Both the position numbers and the translations under genes were made by a program. From Candidatus Blautia merdavium (GTDB taxonomy: Bacteria > Bacillota > Clostridia > Lachnospirales > Lachnospiraceae): a stretch of 64,000 nucleotides of DNA. The stretch spans positions 4,311 to 68,310 of the forward strand of contig DWVZ01000150.1 of assembly GCA_019119975.1 (NCBI GenBank), given 5' to 3'. Positions 62,829 through 64,000 of this stretch are shown here, piece by piece. Numbering within the stretch: position 1 is the first letter of the stretch; every line of letters begins with the position of its first letter. The notes below the pieces were generated by a model. It worked only from the letters and a program-made list of their open reading frames with translations. It ran no database searches and was not told the origin of the DNA.

Positions 62829-64000
62829 ATGGCTTTTGATGGGATTACCATTGCAAATCTGGTAAAAGAATTTCAGGAGACCCTGGTAGGCGGACGGATC
62901 AATAAGATCGCCCAGCCAGAGGCAGATGAACTCCTGATCACCATAAAAAATAATAAAACGCAGTACCGGCTGCTGCTGTCAGCCAGCGCCTCTCTCCCTC
63001 TGGTCTATTTCACAGAAAAAAACAAGACCAGTCCCCTGACCGCGCCCAATTTCTGCATGCTGCTGCGCAAGCACATCGGCAGCGGACGCATCGCAGCTGT
63101 GACCCAGCCGGATATGGAGCGCGCCATTGAATTTCGCATTGAACACTTAAACGAACTGGGGGATCCCTGCTTTAAGATCCTGGTGGTAGAGATCATGGGG
63201 AAACACAGCAACATCATCTTTTTAAATGAGGAGCGGATGATCCTGGACAGCATCAAGCACGTGTCCTGCAATGTCAGCTCCATCCGGGAAGTATTGCCCG
63301 GCCGTGATTATTTCCTTCCCAAGACCCAGGAGAAAAAAAATCCCCTGACCGTTACAGAAGAAGAATTTTTCCAGACCGTGTATGCCAAACCCATGGCTTG
63401 TGCTAAGGCGCTTTATACCTCTCTTACCGGGCTCAGCCCTTCCATGGCGGAGGAAATCTGTTTCCGCGCATCCATAGACGGAAGCCTCCCTCCGGACGGA
63501 CTTTCCCAGGCTGCCAGGCTTCATCTGTACCACACCTTTGCCAGGACCATGGAAGATGTGGCAGAAGGAAGATTTGTTCCCAACATCGTGTACAATGAAA
63601 AAGACGAGCCGGTGGAATACGCTGCCCTTCCCCTGACCCATTACGGAGACGCTCCTGTAAAGACCTTCGCTTCCATGTCCCAGGTACTGGAACTGTACTA
63701 TGCCCAGAAAGACCGGATCACCAGGATCCGCCAGAAATCCGCAGATCTCAGAAGAATTGTCCAGACTGCCCTGGAGCGGAACCGGAAGAAATTCGACCTT
63801 CAGTCCAGGCAGATGAAGGATACAGAGAAAATGGATAAATACAAAGTATACGGAGAGCTGATCAACACTTACGGCTACAACCTGGAAGAAGGATGCAAAT
63901 CCTTCACGGCGCTGAACTATTACACCAACCAGGAGATCTCCATTCCTTTGGATCCCACCATGACACCCCAGGAAAATGCAAAAAAATATTTTGACCGGTA
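62829..64000 (+). CDS. rqcH: RqcH / FbpA-NFACT ribosome quality control protein; 3' end beyond the window
   Basis: It is not in the ORF track because there is no stop within the window. My own translation from ATG 62829 (RBS TAGGAG) reads MAFDGITIANLVKEFQETLVGGRINKIAQPEADELLITIKNNKTQYRLLLSASASLPLVYFTEK...GKHSNIIFLNE, which is an NFACT-N domain. Confidence 0.85.
   Translation, partial: MAFDGITIANLVKEFQETLVGGRINKIAQPEADELLITIKNNKTQYRLLLSASASLPLVYFTEKNKTSPLTAPNFCMLLRKHIGSGRIAAVTQPDMERAIEFRIEHLNELGDPCFKILVVEIMGKHSNIIFLNEERMILDSIKHVSCNVSSIREVLPGRDYFLPKTQEKKNPLTVTEEEFFQTVYAKPMACAKALYTSLTGLSPSMAEEICFRASIDGSLPPDGLSQAARLHLYHTFARTMEDVAEGRFVPNIVYNEKDEPVEYAALPLTHYGDAPVKTFASMSQVLELYYAQKDRITRIRQKSADLRRIVQTALERNRKKFDLQSRQMKDTEKMDKYKVYGELINTYGYNLEEGCKSFTALNYYTNQEISIPLDPTMTPQENAKKYFDR

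Overview
This window looks like a chromosomal segment from a Clostridia-type (Lachnospiraceae-like) anaerobe, judged from gene content only. Almost everything is on the minus strand and tightly packed. Recognisable content, in order:
- rnfG(partial)-rnfD-rnfC
- a flavoprotein-cmk-ispH-S1 block
- a biotin-dependent Na+-decarboxylase/carboxyltransferase operon
- a complete trpEGDCFBA operon behind a Trp T-box
- a gene of about 7 kb for a sortase-type giant adhesin
- tyrS behind a Tyr T-box
- a Ni-CODH cluster (cooS-cooF-FAD/NAD oxidoreductase)
- scpAB-dacB
- a MoxR(AAA_3)-DUF58-DUF4129 operon
- a housekeeping run: cls, rpsU, alaS, cinA, pgsA, rimO, rpoZ, gmk, remA, yicC, rqcH(partial)

I saw no rRNA, tRNA, CRISPR array, transposase or phage genes.

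The best candidate for an undescribed system is a five-gene, translationally coupled module at 36805-42151. It encodes an Fe-S protein, an arginase-fold protein, a small helical protein, a DUF2201-type VWA protein with a degenerate HExxH motif, and an AAA_5 MoxR-class ATPase with a long coiled-coil tail. It sits directly upstream of a cooS cluster, and no cooC is present anywhere in this window.

Other points worth a second look:
- a 15-bp tandem array inside the trp operon
- an orphan 325-aa protein coupled to the adhesin
- a mixed 5S/12S carboxyltransferase decarboxylase operon that includes an OadG-lipoprotein fusion
- a frameshifted DUF58 gene
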